Below are positions 1 through 9,530 of a stretch of 64,000 nt of DNA, one piece after another. A program made the position numbers and the translations under genes. The stretch covers positions 736,001 through 800,000 of the forward strand of contig OZ242180.1 in the NCBI GenBank assembly GCA_965205485.1, given 5' to 3'. The DNA is from Candidatus Latescibacterota bacterium (lineage in GTDB: Bacteria > Latescibacterota > UBA2968 > GCA-2709665). Within the stretch, counting starts at the first letter, position 1, and every line of letters starts with the position of its first letter. A model generated the notes under the pieces. The model did not search any database. It saw only the letters and a list, made by a program, of their open reading frames with translations, and was not told where the DNA came from.

Positions 1-241
1 TCAATTTAAACATATCGCCGACAAGGAATAACGGCCTGAGGGCCGCGCTGTCTTTCCACTTTTAGGCGTCGGCCAGGGCGAGAGGATGTCGTGTTTTACT
101 GTGCCGGTAGATCGTCAATCCAGTTGGCAAGACGCTAGAGGTGGGGAGAGGGAAAGGGGAAGAAGGAAGAAGGAAAACGGACCACGGTGGGGGAAGGAAC
201 CAGCACAGCGGAGATAGTGATCCATGCTCAACCGGGTTACT

Positions 242-541
242 CTAGGCCGTGTGAACACGCACCTCTTGATCGAGCCTGCCAGACAGGGTGTCGCGGGCGG
301 CTTCAAGGTCGTAACGGGTTTGCAGATTCATCCAGAACTGAGCTTCCATTGAAAAAAAGCGCCCCAATCTCAAGGCTGTATCTGCAGTAATGCGCCGCTT
401 CCCGTGTATGATTTCATTGATGCGGCGCGGCGGCACATTGATTGCCTTCGCCAGGCGATACTGACTCATCTGCATCGGCTTGAGGAAATCTTCCAGCAGG
501 ATCTCGCCCGGATGGATCGGTGAAAAGTCGCGGGTCGTCAT
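242..541 (-). CDS. higA: HigA-family antitoxin (XRE HTH addiction module antidote)
   Basis: IHPGEILLEDFL...LAKAINVPPRRINEIIHGKRRITADTALRLGRFF...FWMNLQTRYDL is the HigA signature; lies directly downstream of higB. Confidence 0.95.
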   Translation of the reverse strand: MTTRDFSPIHPGEILLEDFLKPMQMSQYRLAKAINVPPRRINEIIHGKRRITADTALRLGRFFSMEAQFWMNLQTRYDLEAARDTLSGRLDQEVRVHTA

Positions 542-550
542 CGTTGCTCC

Positions 551-832
551 TCAATGATAATCGACGATCTCGACGTCGTAGGCATTTTCGTCTCGCCACA
601 CGAAACAAACACGCCACTGATCGTTGATGCGAATGCTATGCTGCCCTTTACGATCATGGCTTAACGCTTCAAGTCGGTTGCCACGAGGTACGCGGAGCGT
701 TTCAAGGATCGTCGCGGCGTTAAGTTGCTCGAGCTTGCGTGCGGCCGTTCTTTGAATATTCTGCGGCAATTTCAGGGAATACCGGCCGCGAAATATCTTT
801 TCGGCTTCCCTGTCCCTGAAGGATCTGATCAC
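551..832 (-). CDS. higB: HigB-family (RelE-like) toxin
   Basis: MIRSFRD...PRGNRLEALSHDRKGQHSIRINDQWRVCFVW...VEIVDYH; toxin-first gene order; GTG start. Confidence 0.95.
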   Translation of the reverse strand: MIRSFRDREAEKIFRGRYSLKLPQNIQRTAARKLEQLNAATILETLRVPRGNRLEALSHDRKGQHSIRINDQWRVCFVWRDENAYDVEIVDYH

Positions 833-838
833 CCATTA

Positions 839-875
839 AGCATAACAACTAAGAGTAATAACGTCAAGCGTTATT
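839..875 (-). promoter_or_regulatory. higBA sigma70 promoter with overlapping operator palindrome
   Basis: Minus strand TTGACG (867-862), 17 nt, TATGCT (844-839); palindrome AATAACG-N5-CGTTATT (857-875) covers the -35; start codon at 832 implies a near-leaderless mRNA. Confidence 0.75.
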
Positions 876-1019
876 GAATGAAAAAACAAGGATGAACTCG
901 CAATCGCGACAGGAGGGCAGTTTAACATGTGGAATAGCAGAGAAGCCAACCGGCGCATCAGAAACCCGATTGCTGTCTGAAGCTGCCTGACGGTGCGACT
1001 GCCCGCGAACTCAAAAGGT

Positions 1020-1187
1020 TCATATGTAGCAGCCAACGCCAACAATGACCAACCTTTAATGGGAGACCCGGTAGTCCAACCCGTGCAGGCTGATTCGCTG
1101 ACCGAATACGACGGCCGCGTCGTCGGGTTCTGCAATCCGGGCTGCCGCGACGAATTCCTGAGCGCGGTCCCTATTTCGACGAAGTGA
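1020..1187 (+). pseudogene. Remnant of a small YHS-like domain protein
   Basis: PVQADSLTEYDGRVVGFCNPGCRDEF matches the YHS-type FCxxxC motif; the N-terminal CP motif is missing and the C-terminus (YFDE) is out of frame. Confidence 0.55.
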
Positions 1188-1493
1188 CGGTCGCGCGAAC
1201 CTCACCATAGATCGTTTCCCGGCCGTGCCAGGCCGCCTGCGAGTCACCTCCCGCCCGCGATCGGCATCCCCACTCATTCCTCAATTTCATCCTTCCTTAT
1301 TGCCAACACAATACCCTCCTATACCGATTTCCTATCGTTTACGCCGCATCCATCGATCCGAATCCCGCCGATCAAAAGATCCGAATGTGGGCAGTGCACC
1401 CCGGATGGCGTACGACCGCATCAAATGCCGTATGGGGACAACGGACGTCATAATTTAGCCACTTCGCCGGATCTCCGACCCAAAATGCAACGA

Positions 1494-1560
1494 AATTCAT
1501 CATTAAATCATCAATATAGCGCTATAAATCAACGTTATTTCAACAAGATTTGGTTATATT
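1494..1560 (+). promoter_or_regulatory. Conserved four-half-site promoter, copy A
   Basis: AATTCA-N5-AAATCA-N15-AAATCA-N5-ATTTCA-N12-TATATT. Confidence 0.75.
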
Positions 1561-2246
1561 AACATAATCCTGATCGTAAGATTCTCGCTCGTCACTTCGG
1601 TCGAGCTGATCAGGCTGTGATGCACGATGCAAAACCCGGTCGCCAATAAGGACATCCCGTCGTTCAGTTCACGGCGGTTCAGTGGTGGACCATACACATC
1701 AGGAGCGAGATTGTTGCCGCGAATGCTAAGAATCCGAGTGCCTGAATCGTCGAACGCAAGACCAGGGAGATTCTGGATCTTCGAGAGACTGGTATTGCGA
1801 CTAATTAGGAAAGTCGAGGGATAAATTATCTCACAAACTGCACTGTGGATTGATCTTGTCGTTCTCCTTTGTTTGCCGGCGGTCTCGAGAATTGCCATTT
1901 GCCTGCTTCATCTGGCGCATCGGTTAGCGGGTGCGGTTGAGAGTATCGCCGATAGATGTGAGTATATCGAGGGATGCAAGATACAGACCGCATCGCGTTG
2001 ACATGACGTGTGAGAAATGAGGATTGCAGGAGCCGTCGGCGGAAGAACGGTATTCCGAAGACGGTTACGATCGACTATTGAGCCCGGGGCATCTTTCGAT
2101 CCGGAGGGAAGGCGAACAAGCACGTAGCCATTGATCCCGTTTGCGATGTCGGGGCCTCACGTGGTGTTTACGCGGAAATATCGGTGGCCGGCATTGATGA
2201 AGAAACAAAATTCGTAACTCCCCAATCGGATTTGGGAAATCCTCGG

Positions 2247-2453
2247 ATGAATTCTCGAACTTATCGCGGCAGAGATTACGTTGCCCATGACAGTCGCAAG
2301 ATGCGGAAGTGCCTGAAATGCGCGAGGATGTTTAACAGCGCCGGACCCGAAAACCGGATATGTGGAAGGCACGGAACAAAACGATCAAAATACGAAGAAT
2401 GGGCGGAGGGGCCTGGGGAGGGTCTCTTGAATCCCGGTGATGACGACGTTTGA
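2247..2453 (+). CDS. Small putative zinc-ribbon protein
   Basis: RKCLKCARMFNSAGPENRICGRH gives a CxxC...CxxH metal motif; start uncertain (2184 or 2247). Confidence 0.55.
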   Translation: MNSRTYRGRDYVAHDSRKMRKCLKCARMFNSAGPENRICGRHGTKRSKYEEWAEGPGEGLLNPGDDDV

Positions 2454-2783
2454 GTGAATCACAGGTCCGGATGGTCCATACGGGACTGAAGACGCCGACA
2501 TTGTCCAGCTAAGCAAACAAGCCTCTGTATCGACCCCCTTCTGCGCCATCGGCAAGCTTCAGACTTCCTTTCCATGCGATGTCCACTCCGCCGCGATGCG
2601 CCCGGCCGATCGCACATACACGCCTCCTCTTTTCCACAGTCTTTGACGATCGGTTCCTGGCCCCTCACTCCGTGTCCCGGCCTTCCCGCCTGGTCTGTCT
2701 GTAATCACGATATTATAGATCAAGTGCTGTCATTTGTATCTGCATCTCGCGGATTTCGGACCTTCGCATGTAAGATAAGCCAA

Positions 2784-2850
2784 AATTCATCATAAAATCA
2801 TTAGAAATGTCGAATAATTCAACATTAGTTCAACAAAAAATCGTTAAGTT
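2784..2850 (+). promoter_or_regulatory. Conserved four-half-site promoter, copy B (upstream of kinase 1)
   Basis: AATTCA-N5-AAATCA-N15-AATTCA-N5-AGTTCA-N12-TAAGTT. Confidence 0.8.
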
Positions 2851-3045
2851 ATCACCTTACAAAGAAACGACTCGTGGAAGTCTCCATCTCAGATGGCTTG
2901 AAATCTGCTGGTGCCGGATAGAACGGATATACGGGTTGAACCAAATGTGGTGTTCTGTCCCGGTTAAAGGTTGGCCAAATACGGCGGGAGACTCAGGGAA
3001 CAGGACAATGGTCCCGTTCAAACCGGACCGCGGAGGAAGCTGAAT

Positions 3046-6000
3046 ATGGATTCCAGGAACGCGCAAGCCCGTCACAGGAAACAGGTCTTCGTTGTCGCCT
3101 GCACGGTCGGATTGATGGTCCTTGTCGGCTATACAATTCGCAACTATCTGAGCGGCGAGGTACTGGCGATGTCGACCCACAGTGTCATGACGTTGCTCGT
3201 GGCTGGCGGTCTGGCCGGACTCCTGCTGGGCGCGGAAGCTCGAAAATCCTATCGCGTCGTCTTGTTGGGAGTCGGGATCGGGCTGCTTTGGCTTTCCGCG
3301 TTTACACATAACTTCCTTTATTTTCACCTCCTGATGCCCTTGCTGTTTTTCTTTTTTCTTGGCAGACGCGAGGGCGGAATTCTGACAGGTTTCTTCTCTC
3401 TTGTAGCGGCCGTGTTGTTGCTGGCGCCGGGGCTGGCCGGCACGTTCGTCTACGAAACCGAGCAAGTTATCAGGTTCCTCGTCGGGTTTGTCTTCGTTAC
3501 AATCATCGCGTGGGGCCACGAATCTTCCAGCCAACGCCTTTATGACCACCTTCTGGCAAACAACGAACAGCTCGAAAACGAGCGGAGACAACTGGAGCGG
3601 GCCCTGGAACAGATCACTGAAACCGAAGCCCGACTGGAACAGACGGTCTCCGAACTGCACGACCGAAGCCAACTCATGAAGACTGTCTTCGACAATATGG
3701 ATGAGGGCGTGGCGGTCGCCGATGCGGACGGCAAATTGCTCCTGTTCAACCCCAGCGCGGAGCGCATTCTGGGCATGGGCCTGATGGATGCGACGCCCGA
3801 TGAATGGTCGGACACGTACGGCGCCTTCTATCTGGATAAGGAAACCCGCGTTCCAACCGAACAACTTCCCCTCGTGCGCGCTCTGCAGGGAGAAAACACG
3901 AACAATCTGGAATATTTCGTGCGCAATGAGAAAAAGCCGGGCGGTACCTACGTCAGCGCGAAGGGCCGATTCATACGAGGCACCAACGGTACTGGCGAAA
4001 AAGTCAAAGCCGCTGTGGTTGTGTTTAGCGATATCACCAAGCATAAGGAGCAGGAAGCAGCACTTTTGGAAAACATCGGCCAGCTGAAGAAACAGGCCCT
4101 GCTTATGGAAACGGTATTCAGAAGCGTCAGCGACGGCGTGGTCGTGACCGGTACGGATGGTGAATTCCTGTTCGTCAATCCCAAAGCCCAAGACATTGTC
4201 GGCATGGGACCGACGGAATCACCGGCTGATGAATGGGCCGAGACGTACGGAACGTTTTATCCGGACAAAGTGACCCCCGTTCCATCGGAAGAACTCCCGC
4301 TCATGCGCGCCATGCACGGCGAGACAACCGACGACGTCGAGTTGTTCATCCGCAATCAGGAAAGACCGGACGGGGTCTACATCAGCGTGAGCGGAAGACC
4401 GCTTCAGGACGATTCCGGCGAGATCGAGGGTGGGGTCATCGTACTCCGCGACGTCACCGTACAGAAGGCGACCGAATCGAAGTTAAAGAAAACCGTCCGC
4501 GGCCTTCAGGAGCAGACCCATCTGATGGAAACAGTCTTCGACAGCATCAGCGATGGTGTGATCGTTATCGATAAGAATAAGAAAACTCTGATTTTCAATC
4601 CCAGCGCGAAACGCATTCTCGGCTTGCACGTTCCGGATACGAGCTTTTCAAATTGGTCGGATACATACGGCATTCACACCATAGATGGAGAAACGGTCCT
4701 GCCGCAGGACGAGCTTCCGCTGGTGCGCGCCGTCCGCGGGGAGCCGTCGGATGGTGTCGAGCTGCTCGTACGCAACCGGGAAAAGCCGGAGGGTGTCTAC
4801 ATCAGCGTCAGCGGCAGACCCTTGCGGGGCGAGACGGATGTCATTACGGGCGCGTGTCCACTTTCCGGGACGTGACTGAGATCAAGGAAGCAGAGAGAGA
4901 TCTGAAACGAACGGCCGACAACCTGCGAATGCAGACTCACGCCATGGAGACCATATTCAACAGCATCAGCGACGGCGTGGTCGTTGCCGACGAAGACGGG
5001 AACTTCACGATCTTCAATCCCAGTGCGGAACGGATGGTCGGAATCGGGATGACGGAGACCGGCCCCGATCAATGGACGGACCAATACGGTATTTTCTTTC
5101 CCGATCGGGAAACGCCCTATCCAATGGACGAACTTCCGCTGGTTCGCGCCATTCAGGGCGAACCCTCCGATGAAGTGGAAATGTTCATTCGAAATCCGAA
5201 CGTACCGGAAGGCGTCTACATAAGCGTCAGCGGCAGACCCCTCCGGGAGTCGGGTATCGCCAAAGGCGGCGTGATCGTATTCAGGGACGTCACCGAGCGC
5301 AGACTCGCGGAAGAAGCGCTTTCTCAGGCGTTCGCGCAGGGAAGGCTGGAGATTGTGGACACGATCCTCCACAACATCGGAAACGCGATCAACAGTGTCG
5401 CCACTGGCCTGGGGACGATTCACGAGGAGTTGTCGAGAAACGAACTGTTACGTCGCCTGTCCGCGCTTGCAGCGGCTATTGAGGCGCATCGGGACGATTG
5501 GATAACCTATCTGAAAACGGACCCGCAGGGCCAGAAAGTGATGCCGTTCATTCTTGGCCTCGCCCATGACTTTGCCGAGCAAAACGCGCAGCTGACTCAG
5601 ACGGTGGGACGCGTGGAGAGCCGGGTTGCGCACATCGTCGATATCATCCGAACCCAGCGAACGATCGACACGGGAGCCCTTGCGCGAAAGGACATCAGCA
5701 TTGGAAAGGCCATATCCGACGCCACCAAGCTGCTCCAGGATTCGCTCGGCAAGAGAGGAGTCCGGGTTGAGGTCGACTGCCGGAATGCGCCGGAAGAGAT
5801 TCGAATCCAGGAGAGCAAGTTTCATCAGATGCTGGTCAATCTCATCAAGAATGCCATCGAAGCCATCGACGATCTGGAGAAAACCGTCGGAGTCCGGGAG
5901 AAGCCCCGCATTCAGATCCGGTCCTACGTTCAGGAGGACTACCTTGTCATCGACGTCATCGACAACGGCATCGGTATCGAAGAAAAGCGCCTGAAGATCA

Positions 6001-6200
6001 TCTTCGCAGCCGGATATACGACGAAAGAGGTGGGGAGCGGGCTGGGTCTTCACTCAATCGCGAATTTTATAATCGGTTCAGGCGGGCAAATTTACCCGAT
6101 AAGCGCAGGCTACGGCAAGGGAACCACTATGCGCGTCAAGCTGCGGCTTTCTTCGGTGGTGCCGGGGTCCGAGGCTGAGGACGGAGATTCGCTTTCCTGA
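3046..6200 (+). CDS. Membrane-bound multi-PAS sensor histidine kinase (NtrB-like), split by a frameshift near 4850
   Basis: Hydrophobic N-terminal helices; 4 PAS repeats (METVFxSxSDGVVV...RDVT); H-box ILHNIGNAIN; N-box NLIKNAIEA; DNGIG and GSGLGL; ORFs 2971-4875 and 4653-6200 join if one G is restored (ITGGVSTFRDV); GGAGG before ATG 3046. Confidence 0.9.
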
Positions 6201-6322
6201 ATCGCCGTCGACAGTCATGTGTAATGGGACACAGCGACAGATTGTGCGCCATCGTCGAATCCTGGAACTGATGGTGCAGTTCTAACGATATGAAACGCAG
6301 GACAACAACGCAGAGGTATTCG

Positions 6323-8218
6323 ATGGATTTCAGTAATCTTAAAACCCGTCGCGTGTTGATCGTCGATGACCAGAAAGAAATCCACGACGACTTTGCGGAA
6401 ATGTTGCGGCCTCGATTCATGGAAACCGTCACGGATGAGCTCGCGTCAGCCTTCACGCAGCAGACGGTCGGATCGTTTCTTCCGGAATTCGAGCTCCTGC
6501 ACGCGAACAGTGGCGAGGATGCCTGCGAGGTTATCAAGTCGGAGAAGGCAGCCGGACGGCCCATATGCGTCGCATTCGTTGACATTAGAATGCCGCCGGG
6601 GATCGACGGCATCGAAACGATCCGTCGGGTGCGGACCATCGATCGTGACATCGAGGTCGTCATCATGACCGCTTACACGGACAAGTCACTGGCCGAAATC
6701 ATCCACGATATGGAGTTACTCCACAAAGTGCTCTATATCCGAAAGCCTTTCGCACGGGAGGAAATCCAGCAGATCGCGCTTTCACTGGTTGGGAAATGGA
6801 ACGTGGAACAGGAGTTGGCGGCAAGGCGAAGCCAGCTGAATGACAGTCATCAAAGGCTTGAAGCCGTACTCGATGCCACTGGAGACGCGCTGGCCATGTA
6901 TGACGTCACCGGCAACCTGGTGTTTGCCAATCGCAGGTACGAAAGGGTACTCGACCTGCCGAAGAGCGAATTGCAAATGATGTCTCCGAAGGCCTTCAAG
7001 GAGCGGTTTGATGAGAGATTTCGAGAACCTGATCTGACTGACATGGAGGGAAGGTTCATTTTCGGGAGCAAGGGTAAAGTCGTAGAAAGGGCCGAGGCAG
7101 ACAATTTGCCCGGCAATCGTCTGTTCTATCGATCCGTAGCCCCGGTGAGCGATATCCAGGGAGAAATCATCGGCGATCTGTACGTGTACCGCGACGTGTC
7201 CAGAGAGATTCAGGTCGAGCGTATGAAGGCCGAAGTACTTCGCCTGCGCACCGAACTCAAGACGACCTACTCCTTCTCAGGCATGGTCGGCTCCAGCGCC
7301 CCGATGAAGCAGGTGTACGCGCTGGTGAAGCAGGCTGCCGAGAGCGACATTACCGTGTTGATCCAGGGCGAGAGCGGCACCGGCAAGGAACTTGTTGCGA
7401 AGTCCTTTCATTTCAACAGCCACCGCAAAGAGGGTCCGTACCTCACCATCAATTGCGCTGCCATTCCGGAGGCGCTGATCGAGAGTGAACTGTTCGGACA
7501 CGAAGAGGGCGCCTTTACGGGGGCGACGAAGCGGAGGATAGGCGTCTTTGAACGAGCCACGGGGGGAACGGTCTTCCTGGACGAGATCGGAGACATGGAC
7601 CTGGCCCTTCAGGCCAAATTGCTGCGCGTCCTGCAGGAGCGAGAGATCCAGCGCGTTGGTACAACGACCCCGATCCCGGTAGACATCCGGCTGGTCGCCG
7701 CCACCAACAAGGACCTGGAGGATGCGGTAAAGACCGGCAGATTCCGCGAAGACCTGTTCTATCGAATCTCCGTTTTCCCGATCGCGATTCCGCCGCTCCG
7801 CGAACGCCGCGAAGACATTCCGTTGCTGGCGAAACACTTCCTCGAAAAGCACACGAAACGCAACGGCAAAACCATCAGTGGCATTTCCACGGCCACGCTG
7901 CGTCTGTTGTTGCAGTACGATTGGCCGGGCAACGTTCGCGAACTCGAGAACGCCATCGAACGCGCCGTATTGCTCGAGACAACCGACGTTCTGCAGGTGA
8001 ATAACCTGCCGCCGCAACTCTCGCCGATCGTAGATTCCGGAACGGGCGGCGCGGCGCCAATGTCTGTGCTCCCACTGGCGGAAGTCGAACGGCAGGCGCT
8101 GGTCAACGCCCTTGAAGTATCCGACAACAACGTAACCGAAGCAGCACGTGCCCTCGGTGTCGGACGCGCGACACTGTACCGGAAATTGAAGAAATACAAC
8201 CTGATTGCCGGTCACTGA
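6323..8218 (+). CDS. Sigma54-dependent enhancer-binding response regulator 1 (REC-PAS-AAA+-Fis HTH)
   Basis: VLIVDD...FVDIRMPPG receiver; GESGTGKE Walker [24 protein letters not shown]-terminal [16 protein letters not shown]. Confidence 0.95.
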   Translation: MDFSNLKTRRVLIVDDQKEIHDDFAEMLRPRFMETVTDELASAFTQQTVGSFLPEFELLHANSGEDACEVIKSEKAAGRPICVAFVDIRMPPGIDGIETIRRVRTIDRDIEVVIMTAYTDKSLAEIIHDMELLHKVLYIRKPFAREEIQQIALSLVGKWNVEQELAARRSQLNDSHQRLEAVLDATGDALAMYDVTGNLVFANRRYERVLDLPKSELQMMSPKAFKERFDERFREPDLTDMEGRFIFGSKGKVVERAEADNLPGNRLFYRSVAPVSDIQGEIIGDLYVYRDVSREIQVERMKAEVLRLRTELKTTYSFSGMVGSSAPMKQVYALVKQAAESDITVLIQGESGTGKELVAKSFHFNSHRKEGPYLTINCAAIPEALIESELFGHEEGAFTGATKRRIGVFERATGGTVFLDEIGDMDLALQAKLLRVLQEREIQRVGTTTPIPVDIRLVAATNKDLEDAVKTGRFREDLFYRISVFPIAIPPLRERREDIPLLAKHFLEKHTKRNGKTISGISTATLRLLLQYDWPGNVRELENAIERAVLLETTDVLQVNNLPPQLSPIVDSGTGGAAPMSVLPLAEVERQALVNALEVSDNNVTEAARALGVGRATLYRKLKKYNLIAGH

Positions 8219-8294
8219 ACCTCGGCAGTTGCTGGTACGTCCCTATACTCGGGTTCTGCCAAAGACAGTTGAAATCCTACAGGGACTGTGAGTC

Positions 8295-8555
8295 ATGGAA
8301 AAACAACCGATACGCGCTATTTGTTTCCTGGCGGTCTCTGTCTTGTTGGCTTCCATTGTCATCGTTGTTGGCGGCTTCCTGATTGCCGAGCGGGTCTATC
8401 GTTACGAGAGAATCTCGATATATCCGGCCGGCTCGGATCAACCAACGGAGTATGTGTTGAATCGGGATGAAGGTTCTATCTGGATATTAAAGGGGGACGT
8501 CCTGCATCCAACGCGAAAGACCCCCACGGTGATGGCGGATCGAGGGGTACGGTAG
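8295..8555 (+). CDS. Small hypothetical protein with one N-terminal transmembrane helix
   Basis: 86-aa ORF with hydrophobic segment AICFLAVSVLLASIVIVVGGFLIA, co-oriented after bEBP1. Confidence 0.6.
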   Translation: MEKQPIRAICFLAVSVLLASIVIVVGGFLIAERVYRYERISIYPAGSDQPTEYVLNRDEGSIWILKGDVLHPTRKTPTVMADRGVR

Positions 8556-8565
8556 GAACATCCAG

Positions 8566-8736
8566 ATGCCAAAAACCGGACAAATCTGTCAGACCGCCGG
8601 AATCTACCGGGCCTTCGGCTTATGCCCCTGCAAGGATCGAATCGAGGTCCGAAAGGGACAACGATTTCCTTCCTGCAGGGAACATGGATGGAGAGTCCTG
8701 TGGGTCTTTCTTCAGGCAAACGGACAGCGAACATAA
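8566..8736 (+). CDS. 56-aa YjzC-like / zinc-ribbon small protein (not in ORF track)
   Basis: MPKTGQICQTAGIYRAFGLCPCKDRIEVRKGQRFPSCREHGWRVLWVF shows the TGxxCxxxGIY...KGxxFPxC...W pattern; AGGA upstream; starts 10 nt after the previous stop. Confidence 0.65.
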   Translation: MPKTGQICQTAGIYRAFGLCPCKDRIEVRKGQRFPSCREHGWRVLWVFLQANGQRT

Positions 8737-8796
8737 CCTGATCCGGCTTAACATCCATTGTGGGATGATTTAAGCGTCGTCCGGCCGAACCCTTCA

Positions 8797-8839
8797 ATAC
8801 AAAGCCCGGTGCAATCAGAGATTGCACCGGGCTTTGTAT
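8797..8839. terminator. Perfect 20-bp hairpin, probable intrinsic (possibly bidirectional) terminator
   Basis: ATACAAAGCCCGGTGCAATC-AGA-GATTGCACCGGGCTTTGTAT downstream of the kinase1-bEBP1-small ORF run. Confidence 0.7.
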
Positions 8840-9235
8840 GTGGAGAATCATGGGTTGCCAGTCTTGTGTGCCGGCGAATGATGGCCGATTTCGTATACAT
8901 ACTATAAAAAATATGCCATTTTGGCCCTTCGTACACGTTATTTAAATATACATATTATATTTAATATATACTTCCGGGGACCGGCGCCGGGTCGATGGAC
9001 CAGGCACTGGCGAATCCCGTCTCGGCGGGCCTGAGCTGACAAGACAGCAATGTGTACTCGTCTATATGAAAATAGCCAGGCTTCAAGACATGAAACTCCG
9101 CGCCGTCCGGATCGCAACTTGCGAGAACCAGGTGGCGATATCATGTTCACATTTCCGGGCCCGTCCGGGCATGAAGGCGAATGACCGGTCAGATTATCTT
9201 GCTTTACGTCAGGGTTCATCCGCCCGGTTGTTGTT

Positions 9236-9271
9236 TGTCTCAAATTGAGACTTGCGTTTCGATTCGTGACA
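9236..9271. promoter_or_regulatory. Tandem bEBP upstream activating sequences
   Basis: TGTCTCAAATTGAGACT (9236) and CGTTTCGATTCGTGACA (9255), 19 nt apart, ~200 nt upstream of a -24/-12 promoter. Confidence 0.65.
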
Positions 9272-9443
9272 CATCAAATGGGATTGGGTATAACTTATTG
9301 TATTCATTTGTCTTGTATGGATCACGGTCGGTCGGATCGCAACGCCGGCGTTCCATTTCGAAACAAATGCGAATAATGTCCTCTCTGCGAGAAATAGTTC
9401 ATAAGTTCTTTGTTTAAAAGGATTTAAAGATATCCTGCGGCTT

Positions 9444-9458
9444 TGGCACGGCTTCTGC
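9444..9458 (+). promoter_or_regulatory. Sigma54 (-24/-12) promoter of the giant adhesin
   Basis: TGGCACGGCTTCTGC matches TGGCACG-N4-YTGC; AAGGAG RBS and ATG at 9531 follow. Confidence 0.8.
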
Positions 9459-9530
9459 TTGCAATGGCGGAGCGAACATTCCGCGCGCCCTTTACGGGCT
9501 GCAATCATCCATTTCAAGAAGGAGCCGGCA

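Noticed and set aside
6215..6250. Enhancer-like half palindromes upstream of bEBP1
   Set aside because: Weak match to the 17-bp site and no -24/-12 element nearby.
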